Positions 54,204 through 64,000 of a DNA stretch of 64,000 nt are shown piece by piece; the first letter of the stretch is position 1; the number at the start of each line of letters is the position of its first letter. A model generated the notes under the pieces. That model made no database searches, was not told where the DNA came from, and saw only the letters and a program-made list of their open reading frames with translations. Position numbers and translations under genes: made by a program. Source of the DNA: Prasinococcaceae sp. CCMP 1430 (Eukaryota; Plantae; Prasinodermophyta); assembly GCA_013416795.1 (NCBI GenBank), contig RQSC01000018.1, positions 1-64,000 of the forward strand, given 5' to 3'.

Positions 54204-55214
54204 ATGGCGTCGGGCAGCGGCGCGGGTGGAGGCCTGGAGCTTTCGCTCGTCAGCCGCGGCACGGCCGTGCTCGCGGAGTGGAGCGCGGTCGGTGGAAACG
54301 CGCTCGTGGTCGCGAAGAAGATCCTCGAGCGCCTGCCAGAGGGGGATACGCGCGTCAGCTACACGCAGGTGAGGCTCGCGCGAACGCCGGTGCTGGCAGG
54401 CGCTTCGCGTGCCCTTGGTTGCGGTCGCACCGGAATCCGACTCGGTGTTGCCGCGTGCGGTTCTAGCGCCCCCGCGCTTTTTTTCTGCTGACGACGACGG
54501 CGCTTGGTGCGCACGCGGCGCAATGCGGCGCCTCTGCAGGACCGCCATGTGTTCCACGTGCTGCAGAGCGGCGGCCTGACGTACCTGTGCATGTCCACCG
54601 ACGCAGCTGGCCGGCGCTTGCCTTTCGCGTACCTGGACGATGTCCAGGGCCGCTTTGCGGCGCAGTATGGCGGCGCGGCAGCGACCGCGCTCGCGTACGC
54701 GTTCAACGACGAGTTCGCCCGCGTGCTGGCGCAGCAGATGGACCACTTCAACTCGAGCACGAGCGTGGACAACCTCGGGAGAGTGCGCGGCGAGATTGCT
54801 GAGGTGAAGAGCATCATGATTGAGAACATCGAGAAGGTGAGGGCCCGCGCATGCACACGGCGTCGGCGTTGGCGCGGGCGCGCTCGAACGTGTGCGCGTG
54901 CTTTCTCGGGATAGCTAGGGATCGCTCACGCCAAAGAGCTGGCGCCGCGCTGTCTTGCTCGTGCGCTGCCGCTTGATACCCCACGCTCCACGCAGGTGCT
55001 CGATCGCGGTGACAAGATCGAGCTGCTGGTGGACAAGACCGACTCGCTGCAGGGTGAGGCATTCAGATTCAAGGTGAAGAGCAGGAGGCTCAAGCGCGCC
55101 ATGTGGATCCGCAACGTCAAATTGGCGTGCATCGCCGCGCTCATTGTCGGCCTGGTCCTCTACTTCATTCTGGCGGTGGCGTGCGGTGGTCTGAAATTGA
55201 AGGGGTGCAGGTGA
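54204..55214 (+). CDS. VAMP7: VAMP7/VAMP71-type longin R-SNARE; exons 54204-54368, 54540-54836, 54996-55214
   Basis: LVSRG-VLAE…GNA, GRRLPFAYL, EVKSIMIENIEK|VLDRGDKIELLVDKT, C-terminal TM. Confidence 0.95.
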
Positions 55215-55616
55215 GTGCTGGCACGGCGGCCAGCGACGGCGGCACGGCGCAGCAGGCGTCCAGCGAGGAGGCGGCCGAGACGCGCCGCAGGGGCGACTGC
55301 GCACGCAAGCGCGCTGCGCGCACGCGGTGGAGAGAGAGGGCGCTGCGGCAACGGTCGCTCTCCTGGGCGCATTCGAGCCGCCCGAGGATGGCGGCCGGAC
55401 GCTGCCCGCGCCAGCGAGCGACTGCCGTAAGTTCACACCATGTCTGCCTTGCGCGCCCGTCCGTGCCGCTCCCAGCCCCATGACGTCCCAGAGGGTAGCA
55501 CGAGCGCGTTCAGGAGGCAGGAATTATCCTTTCCGCACTGCGTGCGTACCGTACTGCGGGCAGCACACCACGCGCAAACCGCGCGGCGACACACGGCTTC
55601 GCCTTGCGGGGCAGTG

Positions 55617-57434
55617 ATGTCCGCGCCACCGGCGTCGGCGCCCGCAGCGGCGAGTGCCGACCGCGCGGCGGCAGACGCCGCGTACGACCTCGCGCCGCTC
55701 AAGGCGCCTTCATTGGCGGGCGCGCCGCTCGCGCTCTTCGCGGCGGTTTTCGCCAACCGAGGGCCGCTCGGCCGTGCGCTCGCCGGGCACCTCACCGCCA
55801 AGAATGGCTTCAAGACTCTCGTGTCATCGCCAGCGCCCTCCGAGGCGCCCGCAGGCAAAGGCGAGAACCTGTTGGGCGCGCTCGCCGACGCGCCCGAGCT
55901 TCCCGCGGCCGCGAACGCCGACGAGGTAGGTGGGCGCCTTGGGCTGGGACTCGCGCCGAGCGCCGAGTACCGCGCGGCGTTCGCTGCGGGTACGACCACG
56001 CCGACTGCCGTGGCAGAGCACTGCCTGGCGGCAATCGAGGGCGAGCTCAACGACCGCCTCAACTGCGTGGTGCAGTGCCACCGCGATGATGTGCTCAGGC
56101 AGGCGGCCGCGTCGGACGCGCGGTGGGCAGCGGGTGCGCCCTTGTCCCCTTTGGACGGGGTCCCGATATGCGTGAAAGACGAGGTGGACGTGGCAGGCTA
56201 TGTGACCACAGGTGGCCTCAGGCGGCTAGTCAAGGGCGGCGAGGTCGCTGTGGCCGACACTCCATGCGTGCGCGGCCTTCGGGCAGCTGGGTGTGTTGTC
56301 CTAGGGAAGAGCCATATGACGGAAATGGGCTTGGCTCCGAGCTCGGGTTTCTGCGCCGCGTGGGGGCAGTGCTACAACCCATACGGGTACCCGCGGCGCG
56401 AACCGGGCGGGAGCTCGAGTGGGTCGGCGGTGGCTGTGGCGGCGGGTTTGTGTCCCATCGCGGTCGGGTGCGATGGCGGTGGCTCCATCCGCATCCCCGC
56501 CGCACGCGTTGGCGTGGTTGGCATCAAGGCCACCTTCGAGTTGGACAGCCTGGCGTGCGCGGACGAACACTGGAATACGTGTGAGAGCATATGCCACGTG
56601 GGCCCCATCGCGTGCTGCGCTGAGGACGCCGCGTTGGCGCTCCACTACATGGCCAATGCGCCGCCGGCGGAAGGCGCGCTGCCCGCACCGCCCCCGGACC
56701 TGCAGCTGCCCGATGTTAGTTCCCTGCGCGTAGGTGTATTTTGGCCCTGGTTCGAGGACGCCGACAAAGACGTCGCGGCCGTGTGCCGGGCATCGCTCGC
56801 ATCGCTCGAGGAACGCGGCGCAGACCTGGTGCCCATCATCATTCACGGTCTGGGCGATGCAGCCAAGGCGCACGCTGCCATTATCTTGGGCGAGGGCTAC
56901 GATGGCAAGGTGGCGACGTACGGCGAGGCTGAGTGGCGGCGGATGATCGCCTTCGAGTTGGGCACAGACACAAAGCTGAAGCAGTTGGTCAACGAACGCA
57001 TGCGGGATCTCAAGGCACCACAGTCGCTCGGCGGTGCGACGCTTTACGAGACGGCCCAGCGATACCGCCGGCGCATCACTAACGAACTGGCGCGCGTGCT
57101 CGAGGACGTGGACATCATTGCAACACCAGCCCTGCCGCAGCCGCCGACGGCTGTGCCAGGCGGCAGCGGACGCACCAACAAGCTGGACGCCGTGGCCGAT
57201 GGGCAGACCATGAAGTATATGACGCCTGCAAATCTGTCGGGCCACCCAGCTGTGTCAGTGCCTGCGGGCTACGTGGACCGCGGAAAGGGCAAGGCGTCCG
57301 CGCGGCTCCCAGTGAACCTGCAGCTCATCGGCAGGCCGCGGTCGGAGCGCATGCTGCTACAGCTCACCAAGTTGTGCGAGGCCACGGCACCCGAGTGGGA
57401 AGCGCCCGCCGTGCTCGCCGACAGGGCCTTCTGA
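55617..57434 (+). CDS. Amidase-signature enzyme, fatty acid amide hydrolase-like
   Basis: LSPLDGVPICVKD, PGGSSSGSA, GCDGGGSIRIPA, ANLSGHPAVSVP; N-terminal KAP-LAG resembles plant FAAH. Confidence 0.9.
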   Translation: MSAPPASAPAAASADRAAADAAYDLAPLKAPSLAGAPLALFAAVFANRGPLGRALAGHLTAKNGFKTLVSSPAPSEAPAGKGENLLGALADAPELPAAANADEVGGRLGLGLAPSAEYRAAFAAGTTTPTAVAEHCLAAIEGELNDRLNCVVQCHRDDVLRQAAASDARWAAGAPLSPLDGVPICVKDEVDVAGYVTTGGLRRLVKGGEVAVADTPCVRGLRAAGCVVLGKSHMTEMGLAPSSGFCAAWGQCYNPYGYPRREPGGSSSGSAVAVAAGLCPIAVGCDGGGSIRIPAARVGVVGIKATFELDSLACADEHWNTCESICHVGPIACCAEDAALALHYMANAPPAEGALPAPPPDLQLPDVSSLRVGVFWPWFEDADKDVAAVCRASLASLEERGADLVPIIIHGLGDAAKAHAAIILGEGYDGKVATYGEAEWRRMIAFELGTDTKLKQLVNERMRDLKAPQSLGGATLYETAQRYRRRITNELARVLEDVDIIATPALPQPPTAVPGGSGRTNKLDAVADGQTMKYMTPANLSGHPAVSVPAGYVDRGKGKASARLPVNLQLIGRPRSERMLLQLTKLCEATAPEWEAPAVLADRAF

Positions 57435-57575
57435 CTGAAGAGTGAGCCCACTTTCTTGGTGCCCGTAGAGTTACGCAGTCGGTGCTGAAAGAATAGTGCT
57501 GTTTTAAGAAAAGAGGTGCACCATCCGGATGGTATGTGCTTAAGCGCTGGCAGTTGGCTCGCAACTTCCTGCTCC

Positions 57576-58322
57576 TCAGCGATGCACGGCGCGGCAGGTT
57601 GGGCAGCGTGCGCTGTAAGCAGCCCATCGTGTCGCGCACCTCGCGCACACGGCGTGACCACATGGGTACACTGCCACGATGCTCCGCGGAGAGAACTCGT
57701 CGTAGCAAATTGGGCACTCCGCAATGAATTCCAACGGGTCGTCTTCTACGTCCTTCAAGGCTTCTCCTCCCGATGCGTCCGTGGTCTTCGCGCTGGGCTG
57801 CTCGGTTTCGAGTGGCCGCAGTGCGGTGGCGGCATATGGGTCCAGCGCGTCGCTGTCGTCAAGTGCAGCGGCGGAGTTCACCCAATCGAGGGTGCGCGAG
57901 TAGGGGCACTCGCGGTCATTGCAGAGGCGTGACTCGGCGGCGCCCGCACTAGCGGTGTGGCCTGGCAACTGCTGTTGCGTCGTCGTGTCCCGCTGCCCAT
58001 CGCCAGGAAGAGTGGCGGCGGTGTCGTCGTGCTTTGTGGGGGTCGCCTTTGGCTTGAAAAGCAGCGGCTTGGCCGCAGCAAGCGTGCGCAGAGGTGGCCT
58101 GCGGCGCAGCATGCGCTTCCTCCTTCGCCGTGCGAGAGCGCCTGTCTGTCCGAAGCGCGATAGTTGCGATAGCGAAGTCACCAGGCAGAGATAGTAGACA
58201 GAAGCGCGCACCGGCCACCACTCCTCGCTGCGTGCCGCGTCGGTGAGCAGGCGCCCAGCGTGGCCCCGCACCACCCGAACGAGTTGTGCGCCCAGCGCTC
58301 TGAGCGCCGAGCCCACGCCCAT
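57576..58322 (-). CDS. C3HC4 RING-finger protein
   Basis: CPIC…PCGHAVCARC…CPTCR at the C-terminus. Confidence 0.8.
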   Translation of the reverse strand: MGVGSALRALGAQLVRVVRGHAGRLLTDAARSEEWWPVRASVYYLCLVTSLSQLSRFGQTGALARRRRKRMLRRRPPLRTLAAAKPLLFKPKATPTKHDDTAATLPGDGQRDTTTQQQLPGHTASAGAAESRLCNDRECPYSRTLDWVNSAAALDDSDALDPYAATALRPLETEQPSAKTTDASGGEALKDVEDDPLEFIAECPICYDEFSPRSIVAVYPCGHAVCARCATRWAAYSARCPTCRAVHR

Positions 58323-58944
58323 GACTGCGCGCACCGGCAGGGCCGCTCGCCGCCGCAAACGAAGCGCGCCGCGATGAGCGACACCGACCCGTGCCTAACG
58401 TGCGACCACGCGACAGACGCGATAGAGACGCCAGGTCCCAGACAGCAGTCGTCGCAATTGTGCTGCTGCTAGCCCTCCCGCACAGCGCCACTGCTCGACC
58501 GGTCTTGCTCACGCGCGCGGTCCGCCGCGCCCGCCCTCGCGTCGCCGCGGCTCGTGGGCACTTGCGGGGTGGTCACGCCCTGTCGCTTGTCGTCGAGCGA
58601 GCGGCGGCGCGCGCTGAAGGGGATGGGTGGTGGTGGGGCAGTGTGGCACGTTCGTTATTACTGGCTAAAAATGTGCCCCGAAAAGATTGATCCGCGCAAA
58701 AATTCACGGCGCTGCAGGAGCGCGGGCGCTCGCCACACCGCGGCGGGTGCGCAGCGCGCCGGCCGCGGCTGCGGCGGTGCGCGGTTGTGTGGGTGCGCGA
58801 GTGCGCGGGAGGGTGGGTGGGCAGGTGGTGTGTGGAGGACGAGCGGGGAAGTGGTGGTGACGTCAGGGGAAGGGGTCGCAGACGTCCTTCCCTCCCCCTC
58901 CTTTTTCATCCTGCTCTCAGCACTCCGCCGCAGGAAAGTTCAAA

Positions 58945-60570
58945 ATGTCCAGCGAAGCCGACGTTCGCGCGGGATGCGCCCTCTCGCGTGAGTTGCGGGT
59001 GGTGGTGCGGGTGGACGTGCGTCTGCGCTGGCACGCGCCGAAATGCGGCGGCGCCGAGTCGGCTCTCACGCGGGCGCAGGCGTCCAGGAGGGCTCGCGAG
59101 GCGACGGCAGTCGCGCTGGCGCATCGGAGCCTGCGGTACGTCGACGGCCCGCTCGACACACCCGCGCTCGAAGCCGTGCGTGCGGCAGCTGGCCCTGCGC
59201 TGGGCGGCATGGTGGATGATGTCAGCGTCGTGGACAGTGATGCATCCTCGCCGCACCACGGCAGCGTGCTGCTCTTCTTCCAGCGCACTCTGCGCGTGGC
59301 TGCGTACGCGCCCGTCGATGAAAATGAGCCACTCTTCGCGGCTGAGGGCGGATCCGAGCCAAGCTGCGCCCGTCCTCCTGTAGAGCAGGAGCCTTTCGGA
59401 TCGCTGCTTGGCGGGGTGGGCGCAGACGACAGGGACAGCTTGTCCGCCGAGGACAGCCCAGCGACTGACATCGGAGGCGACGCGCTTCTCAAGGTCCGAC
59501 CCCTTCCTAGCACACAATTGTGCGGTCTTTGGGACTCGCTCCACTACTCGGGCGGTCTGAAGCAGCGCCTGCTGAGGTATGCGTCTAGCAGCGCTGAGCT
59601 CGCACGCACGGGTGCGAGCTCTATGCTGGTCAGCCGTTCCGGCCTCATCCTCCTGCACGGTCCGCCGGGGAGTGGCAAGAGCTCGTTGGCGCGTGCTTTG
59701 GCGCAAAAGCTTGCAATCTGGCACGTCGGTGGCAGCCGCCAGGAGGAGCTGAACGACAGTGGGGTTGCCCTCTTTGCTGGCGCTGAGGTGGCTACAGCGA
59801 CGCTCTATGAGATCAATGCTGCGCAGTGCATGAGCAAATTCTTGGGAGAGAGCTCGAAGACACTCCAGCGGGCCTTCGCCCGCGTTCGCGATGACTTGCA
59901 CGTTCGCCCGAACACCCTCGCGGTCGTCCTGGTTGATGAGGCGGACGCGCTTGCCATCTCGCGTGCGCACAGCCTCAGCGCTGCCGATCCAGGCGACGCC
60001 GCGCGCGTCACAGGCACGCTGCTGCGAGAGCTAGACGCGCTGGCTGAGCTTCAAGGCACGCTCGTACTTGCGACGTCAAACTTGGCGAACGATTTAGATG
60101 GCGCCTTTCTTGACAGGGCGGACCTCAGCGAGCGAATTGGCAACCCTGAGCTGCGCGCACGGTATGGTATCCTGCGCTCCGAAGTGGTCGAGCTCACCCG
60201 CGTGGGACTCGTCGGCGCCACGACGGGAAGGCAGCAACTGCTGCCTCTCGTGTGGGGCACATTTCAGGACTCGAGTCCCCAAGAGGTCGAGTGCGGTGGC
60301 ATTGATCAATCACACGACAGGCGGCTGCGAGCAGACGAGCTGAAGGAGCAACGCGACAACTCGGTGGCCTTGCTCGAGGTAGCAACGATCCTCGGGGGGG
60401 TGTCCGGGCGCGCCCTGAGGCGTCTCCCTCTCCTCGCACATGCAGAAACGCGTACGTGCGAGTACATGGGCCGCGGCTGGGTTTCGATGAAGGACCTCAT
60501 TGCATCGCTGCACACGGCGGCGGAAATCGCTTCCTCACGCGCTCGATGCAAGCGCGACAACGGGATTTGA
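58945..60570 (+). CDS. PCH2: Pachytene checkpoint protein 2 / TRIP13-like AAA+ ATPase
   Basis: GLWDSL-Y…LKQRLLRYA, ILLHGPPGSGKSSL-ALAQKL-I, EIN…SK-ES-K, LVDE, DP-DA-RV, TSNL…D-AFLDRAD, SGRALRRLP. Confidence 0.9.
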   Translation: MSSEADVRAGCALSRELRVVVRVDVRLRWHAPKCGGAESALTRAQASRRAREATAVALAHRSLRYVDGPLDTPALEAVRAAAGPALGGMVDDVSVVDSDASSPHHGSVLLFFQRTLRVAAYAPVDENEPLFAAEGGSEPSCARPPVEQEPFGSLLGGVGADDRDSLSAEDSPATDIGGDALLKVRPLPSTQLCGLWDSLHYSGGLKQRLLRYASSSAELARTGASSMLVSRSGLILLHGPPGSGKSSLARALAQKLAIWHVGGSRQEELNDSGVALFAGAEVATATLYEINAAQCMSKFLGESSKTLQRAFARVRDDLHVRPNTLAVVLVDEADALAISRAHSLSAADPGDAARVTGTLLRELDALAELQGTLVLATSNLANDLDGAFLDRADLSERIGNPELRARYGILRSEVVELTRVGLVGATTGRQQLLPLVWGTFQDSSPQEVECGGIDQSHDRRLRADELKEQRDNSVALLEVATILGGVSGRALRRLPLLAHAETRTCEYMGRGWVSMKDLIASLHTAAEIASSRARCKRDNGI

Positions 60571-60831
60571 GCGCCTCGCCTCAAGCTTCATCATCATCAC
60601 GCGCAATACGACACGAAACGTATCGCAGCCTCTGCTATCAACTGCTAGTACTACTTAGACCCCACTCATCCTCCCATCACCAACACACAAACCCCACCGT
60701 CCACTATCTCACAACCAATATTAATTATGGGAAGAACCACTTACTGTGTCAGCGAGAGAGTCTACGCTGCCGCGCTCCACACCGCGTGCAGGTGGTTTCA
60801 ATGAGGCGGGTGACAGCCCCGTTTCGCTGCG

Positions 60832-62175
60832 TCAATGAAAGAGCTTCTCCCCGCGGCCAAAGATGGCAAAGACCACTGCGACCGCCGCACAGATAGCACC
60901 GGCCACGTGGAAGACGGGCGCCCACGTCCCGTGAGTCACGTGCAGGATGGTGCCGGTGAGTTTTACGCCGACCACTCCCGCGAGCGTGCCAGCGGAGTTG
61001 GAGAGACCCATCAGCACGCCGGCGTACCTCGGAGCAATGTCCATGTGATTGACGGCAAAGCCGCCACGAGCGATTGCGGCCGCACCGACCGCCACCGCAA
61101 TCACAAGTGCAGCCGCCGACGGGTTAGTGACGTATGGCACGGCGGCCAGAGCGAGCGTCGAAAGCGCAAAGCCCGCACTGTTGATGTACTTGCGTGCAGT
61201 AGCCACCGAGTTCCCTCGCGAGATGAGCGCATCGGACAGCAGCCCACCCACCGTCGTGCAAACGGTCATGACGAAGTACGGGCCGGAGCTCGCGAGCTTG
61301 TTGCCTGCGAGCCTTACACCCAGGGCCTCCTCAAAGTACGTCGGCTGCCAAGACACGAGCACGTATACGAGGTAGTGATAGCCGAAGTTGTTCACAATGA
61401 TGGCCCATACAGCCGGCGACCGAAACATGGCTCCCCAGGGGATGGCCCCGCCTCGCACCACGACGCTCGCCCCCTTCGCGCCCGACCCGCCGTTGGCCGA
61501 TGGCGCCGTGGTTGGGAGCGTGTCGCGCTTAATACCCCCGGGTAGCGCTCGGTGGGGGAAAGCGGCGACGAAGAAGGCCAGCCAGAACACGGACGCAGCT
61601 GCGTGCACCTGGAGCTGCCCCCTTGCACCGATCGCCTCGACCGTCGCGGGCGCGACGAGCATCGCAACCGCGCTGCCGAGGTACATGCCCGACATCGCGA
61701 CCGACACGCATCGCGAGCGCGCGTGCGGCGCGATCCATTCCGCGAGCAGCGTATGAACGCTCGGGAAGACCACGCCCTGCACCACGCCTACGCAGACGCG
61801 TGCGGCTGCCACACTCGTCAGCCACCACGGCGAATCCCCAACATCGCTGCCCTCGACCTTATCTGTCATGGGCGTGAGGATTGACACCACCGCGAGAGTG
61901 ATCATGCTCGAGCACAGCACGCGCTGCCCGCCGAGCTTGCTCGCTAGGTAGCCGCCAGGCACCTGCGTGAGCGCATAGCCCCAGTAAAACGCTGACAGCA
62001 CCGTTCCCTTGTCCGCCTGTGAGAGCCCCCGCTGCGCCGCTGCCGCCGTGAACGCCACGTTGAATCCGGTGCGCTCGACGTATGCGACGAGCGTCGCCAT
62101 GAAACACAGCGCGACCACTCGCGCGCCCGGTGGCGCCACCGGCGCGCAAGGCCCACCTTGCCGCGCGTCCTTCAT
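60832..62175 (-). CDS. MFS anion/phosphate transporter, SLC17/PHT4 family (PHT4;6-like)
   Basis: YVERTGF, KGTVLSAFYWGYA-TQVPGG, SGMYLG, IPW…VWAI, RGGFAVNHMDIAPRYAG. Confidence 0.92.
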   Translation of the reverse strand: MKDARQGGPCAPVAPPGARVVALCFMATLVAYVERTGFNVAFTAAAAQRGLSQADKGTVLSAFYWGYALTQVPGGYLASKLGGQRVLCSSMITLAVVSILTPMTDKVEGSDVGDSPWWLTSVAAARVCVGVVQGVVFPSVHTLLAEWIAPHARSRCVSVAMSGMYLGSAVAMLVAPATVEAIGARGQLQVHAAASVFWLAFFVAAFPHRALPGGIKRDTLPTTAPSANGGSGAKGASVVVRGGAIPWGAMFRSPAVWAIIVNNFGYHYLVYVLVSWQPTYFEEALGVRLAGNKLASSGPYFVMTVCTTVGGLLSDALISRGNSVATARKYINSAGFALSTLALAAVPYVTNPSAAALVIAVAVGAAAIARGGFAVNHMDIAPRYAGVLMGLSNSAGTLAGVVGVKLTGTILHVTHGTWAPVFHVAGAICAAVAVVFAIFGRGEKLFH

Positions 62176-62830
62176 CGCGGCCCCGGCAGGCGTGCCCCCC
62201 GTCGCTGGCGCCTGCGCCCCCCATGTGGTTCGAATTGGGGGTATGCCGGGGCGCGCGCGCGCGCGGGCGCGCGCGCGCGGGGCGCCGCGCGCGGGATCAG
62301 CGGCGCGCGGCGCGCGCGACCGGGGGCGCCCGCTCGCCGGCGAGCGATCTGTCCCCCAACCCCCAACCTTCGCACGGCCGAGCTCTCGGGCGCGCCCTGT
62401 CTTCCCCCCCTTCTGTCCACCTTCCCCCCACACCTCGCGTCGCGCCTGGGCCACGCGCTGTGGCAGGGACTCGCGGACTCGGCCGTCGAGAGGGGGGGGG
62501 GGGAATGTGTCGGGAACACTCGTCAACAGCCCTCCGTTGGGCCACGATACCATGCAGAAGCCAAATTTGGGAGCGCACATCAAAACGCATTGTCGGGCGC
62601 ACGCGCACGTGGTTTGATCTGCGCGGGCGAGGCGCGGCGCGCGGCGCGGGCTGGGGCGGCCTGGGTCGGCGGCGGAGGGTGCGGCACGCTGGGGGGAAAG
62701 GGTGGGGTGGGGGGGCGATGTGTCCGTACGCGAGGGACAGGAGCGGGCGAGAGCAGGGGCGGCCGGCGTCTAGAACATTAGGCTTACGTCCGCCGCGCCG
62801 TGCGCGCGCGCGCTGGCTGGCGCGCGACGC

Positions 62831-63016
62831 TCACTGCACGAAGGGGTTCGCGATCGGCTCGAGGCCGTCCGCGGGCGCCACCAGCGTGACGCACGTGCCG
62901 CGGCACACGGTCAGGCCCAGCGGCCGCCGCTCGTCTGTGACCACACCCGCGTCCGCGGGGTCGCGCAGCGACTCCACGGTCTCGTCTAGCACGAGGTTGA
63001 GAATCTCGTCGTACCC
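62831..63016 (-). CDS. LSM7: LSm7 (last exon only; N-terminal exons not found)
   Basis: GYDEILNLVLDETVESLRDP…R-LGL-VCRGT-V-LV-P-DG-E-IANPF*, preceded by a GCTGAC branch and CAG. Confidence 0.9.
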   Translation of the reverse strand, partial: GYDEILNLVLDETVESLRDPADAGVVTDERRPLGLTVCRGTCVTLVAPADGLEPIANPFVQ

Positions 63017-63408
63017 CTGGCGTGCGCGCGCGGCCGCGTGGCGTTGGGGCGCGAGGGTGGGCGCGCGTCAGCCGCGCTCCTGCATGGTGCACGCGCGGGG
63101 CGCGGACGACGTCCAGATCGGACGCAGCGCGGCCGCCCAGCGGTGCGCCAGGCGCAAACGCTGCCCCCCCCCCCAACCGGCGCCGCCGTCGCCGGCTCAT
63201 GGTGCTCACTCGGCGGGCGCCCTCGCGTGTGGCGCGTTCGCTGGCAGGGAAGGTGGCCTCGGTGCTTGAGGGCTCCATCGCACGTGCCGAGTGGGTAGGG
63301 ATTCTTGTNCCTAGCGCGCCGGGGGCCCGGCGGCCGCCGATCGGGCTTGCGCGGCACTCGTGTGTGCGTGGCTTGGGGGGGACGTCCGCGCTCCGGGTGG
63401 TCGGCGTG

Positions 63409-64000
63409 ATGTACGCGCCGCAGCCAGGCGGCGACCTCTACAGGCGACGCACGTCGGCGTCGGGACCCGAGAGCGCAGCGGCGACTGGCGCGGCGGGCGT
63501 CGCGGGGGGGGGGACGCGCGGCGGCATCGGCAGCGGCGGCGTGGGGTATGCAGGGGGCGGGGCGGCCGCCGCTTCTCGCGCGCCGGAGCGGCCCGGATCG
63601 CGGGCCAGGAACGCGCCCCTGACCATTGAGGACATCTCCGACATGCTCAAGGCCACCCACCCGCCCGCGAACCCCGCGCATGTGTGCGAAGACATCGAGA
63701 GATTCCTCGCGAACGCGGCGGACACGTACACCTACGGCGCGTTCTTCGAGCGGTGCTTCCCAGCGCTGCTCACGAGGGTGTACTCGTTCGAGCAGCCCTC
63801 CCGAGGGTGGGTGGCCACCGCGAAGGGGGAGGATGGGAAGGCCGTGGCAAAGCTGCTGCGACCAGACGGCCCGCTGATGCGTGCCGCGCGATTCGTGGAC
63901 GCGGACGAGGGGCGCTCGCTCGCCTTTTACTTTCCCACCAACCTGCTGCCAGCGAGCACGCGGGCGGCGCTGCTGTCTGACGCTGCGGCAGACCAGCTGG
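63409..64000 (+). CDS. Sphingomyelin phosphodiesterase 4-like / plant PNET1-like protein (3' partial)
   Basis: Open to the window end; FF-CFPALL-VYSF…GW…LL-P-G-LM…VD…FP-LP resembles the SMPD4-family N-terminus. Confidence 0.6.
   Translation, partial: MYAPQPGGDLYRRRTSASGPESAAATGAAGVAGGGTRGGIGSGGVGYAGGGAAAASRAPERPGSRARNAPLTIEDISDMLKATHPPANPAHVCEDIERFLANAADTYTYGAFFERCFPALLTRVYSFEQPSRGWVATAKGEDGKAVAKLLRPDGPLMRAARFVDADEGRSLAFYFPTNLLPASTRAALLSDAAADQL

Noticed and set aside
1403-54995. Introner-like repeated introns
   Set aside because: Introns share only donor, branch and acceptor motifs; no extended mutual similarity visible by eye.

Overview
GC-rich (~70%), gene-dense eukaryotic nuclear DNA with the hallmarks of a prasinophyte-type green alga: short GT-AG introns with a recurrent (G)CTGAC branch point, TGTAA poly(A)-like signals, and plastid-pathway genes. 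The species cannot be established from sequence alone. About 26 protein-coding genes are supported: GNL1/LSG1-like GTPase, LUMINIDEPENDENS-like, DGAT2, MYB3R, RsmG, nicastrin, two sulfotransferases, LysM protein, PotD/ENF2-like, a spliced Cys-rich microprotein, a single-headed axonemal dynein heavy chain (~13 kb), CYP97B, SDR, AAR2, a C2-like protein, leishmanolysin/GP63, a stand-alone EDR1-domain protein, VAMP7, FAAH-like amidase, RING protein, PCH2, PHT4-type MFS, LSm7 (partial), SMPD4-like (partial) and two hypotheticals. I found no rRNA, tRNA, CRISPR array or recognisable transposase. Family calls come from recognising motifs, not from database searches. Most notable non-coding signals: (i) AT-rich islands of degenerate telomere-like (telo-box) repeats at most 5'/divergent intergenic regions; (ii) a recurrent intergenic TACWGTA palindrome; (iii) a perfect 164-bp frameshifting tandem duplication in the dynein gene that could be spliced out as a GC-AG intron; (iv) an 88-bp coding segment copied into the GP63 3' end, where it supplies the stop codon; (v) a bacterial alpha/beta-hydrolase fragment beside the assembly gap; (vi) interdigitated 5' ends of nicastrin and a sulfotransferase. 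No single new system is proven.
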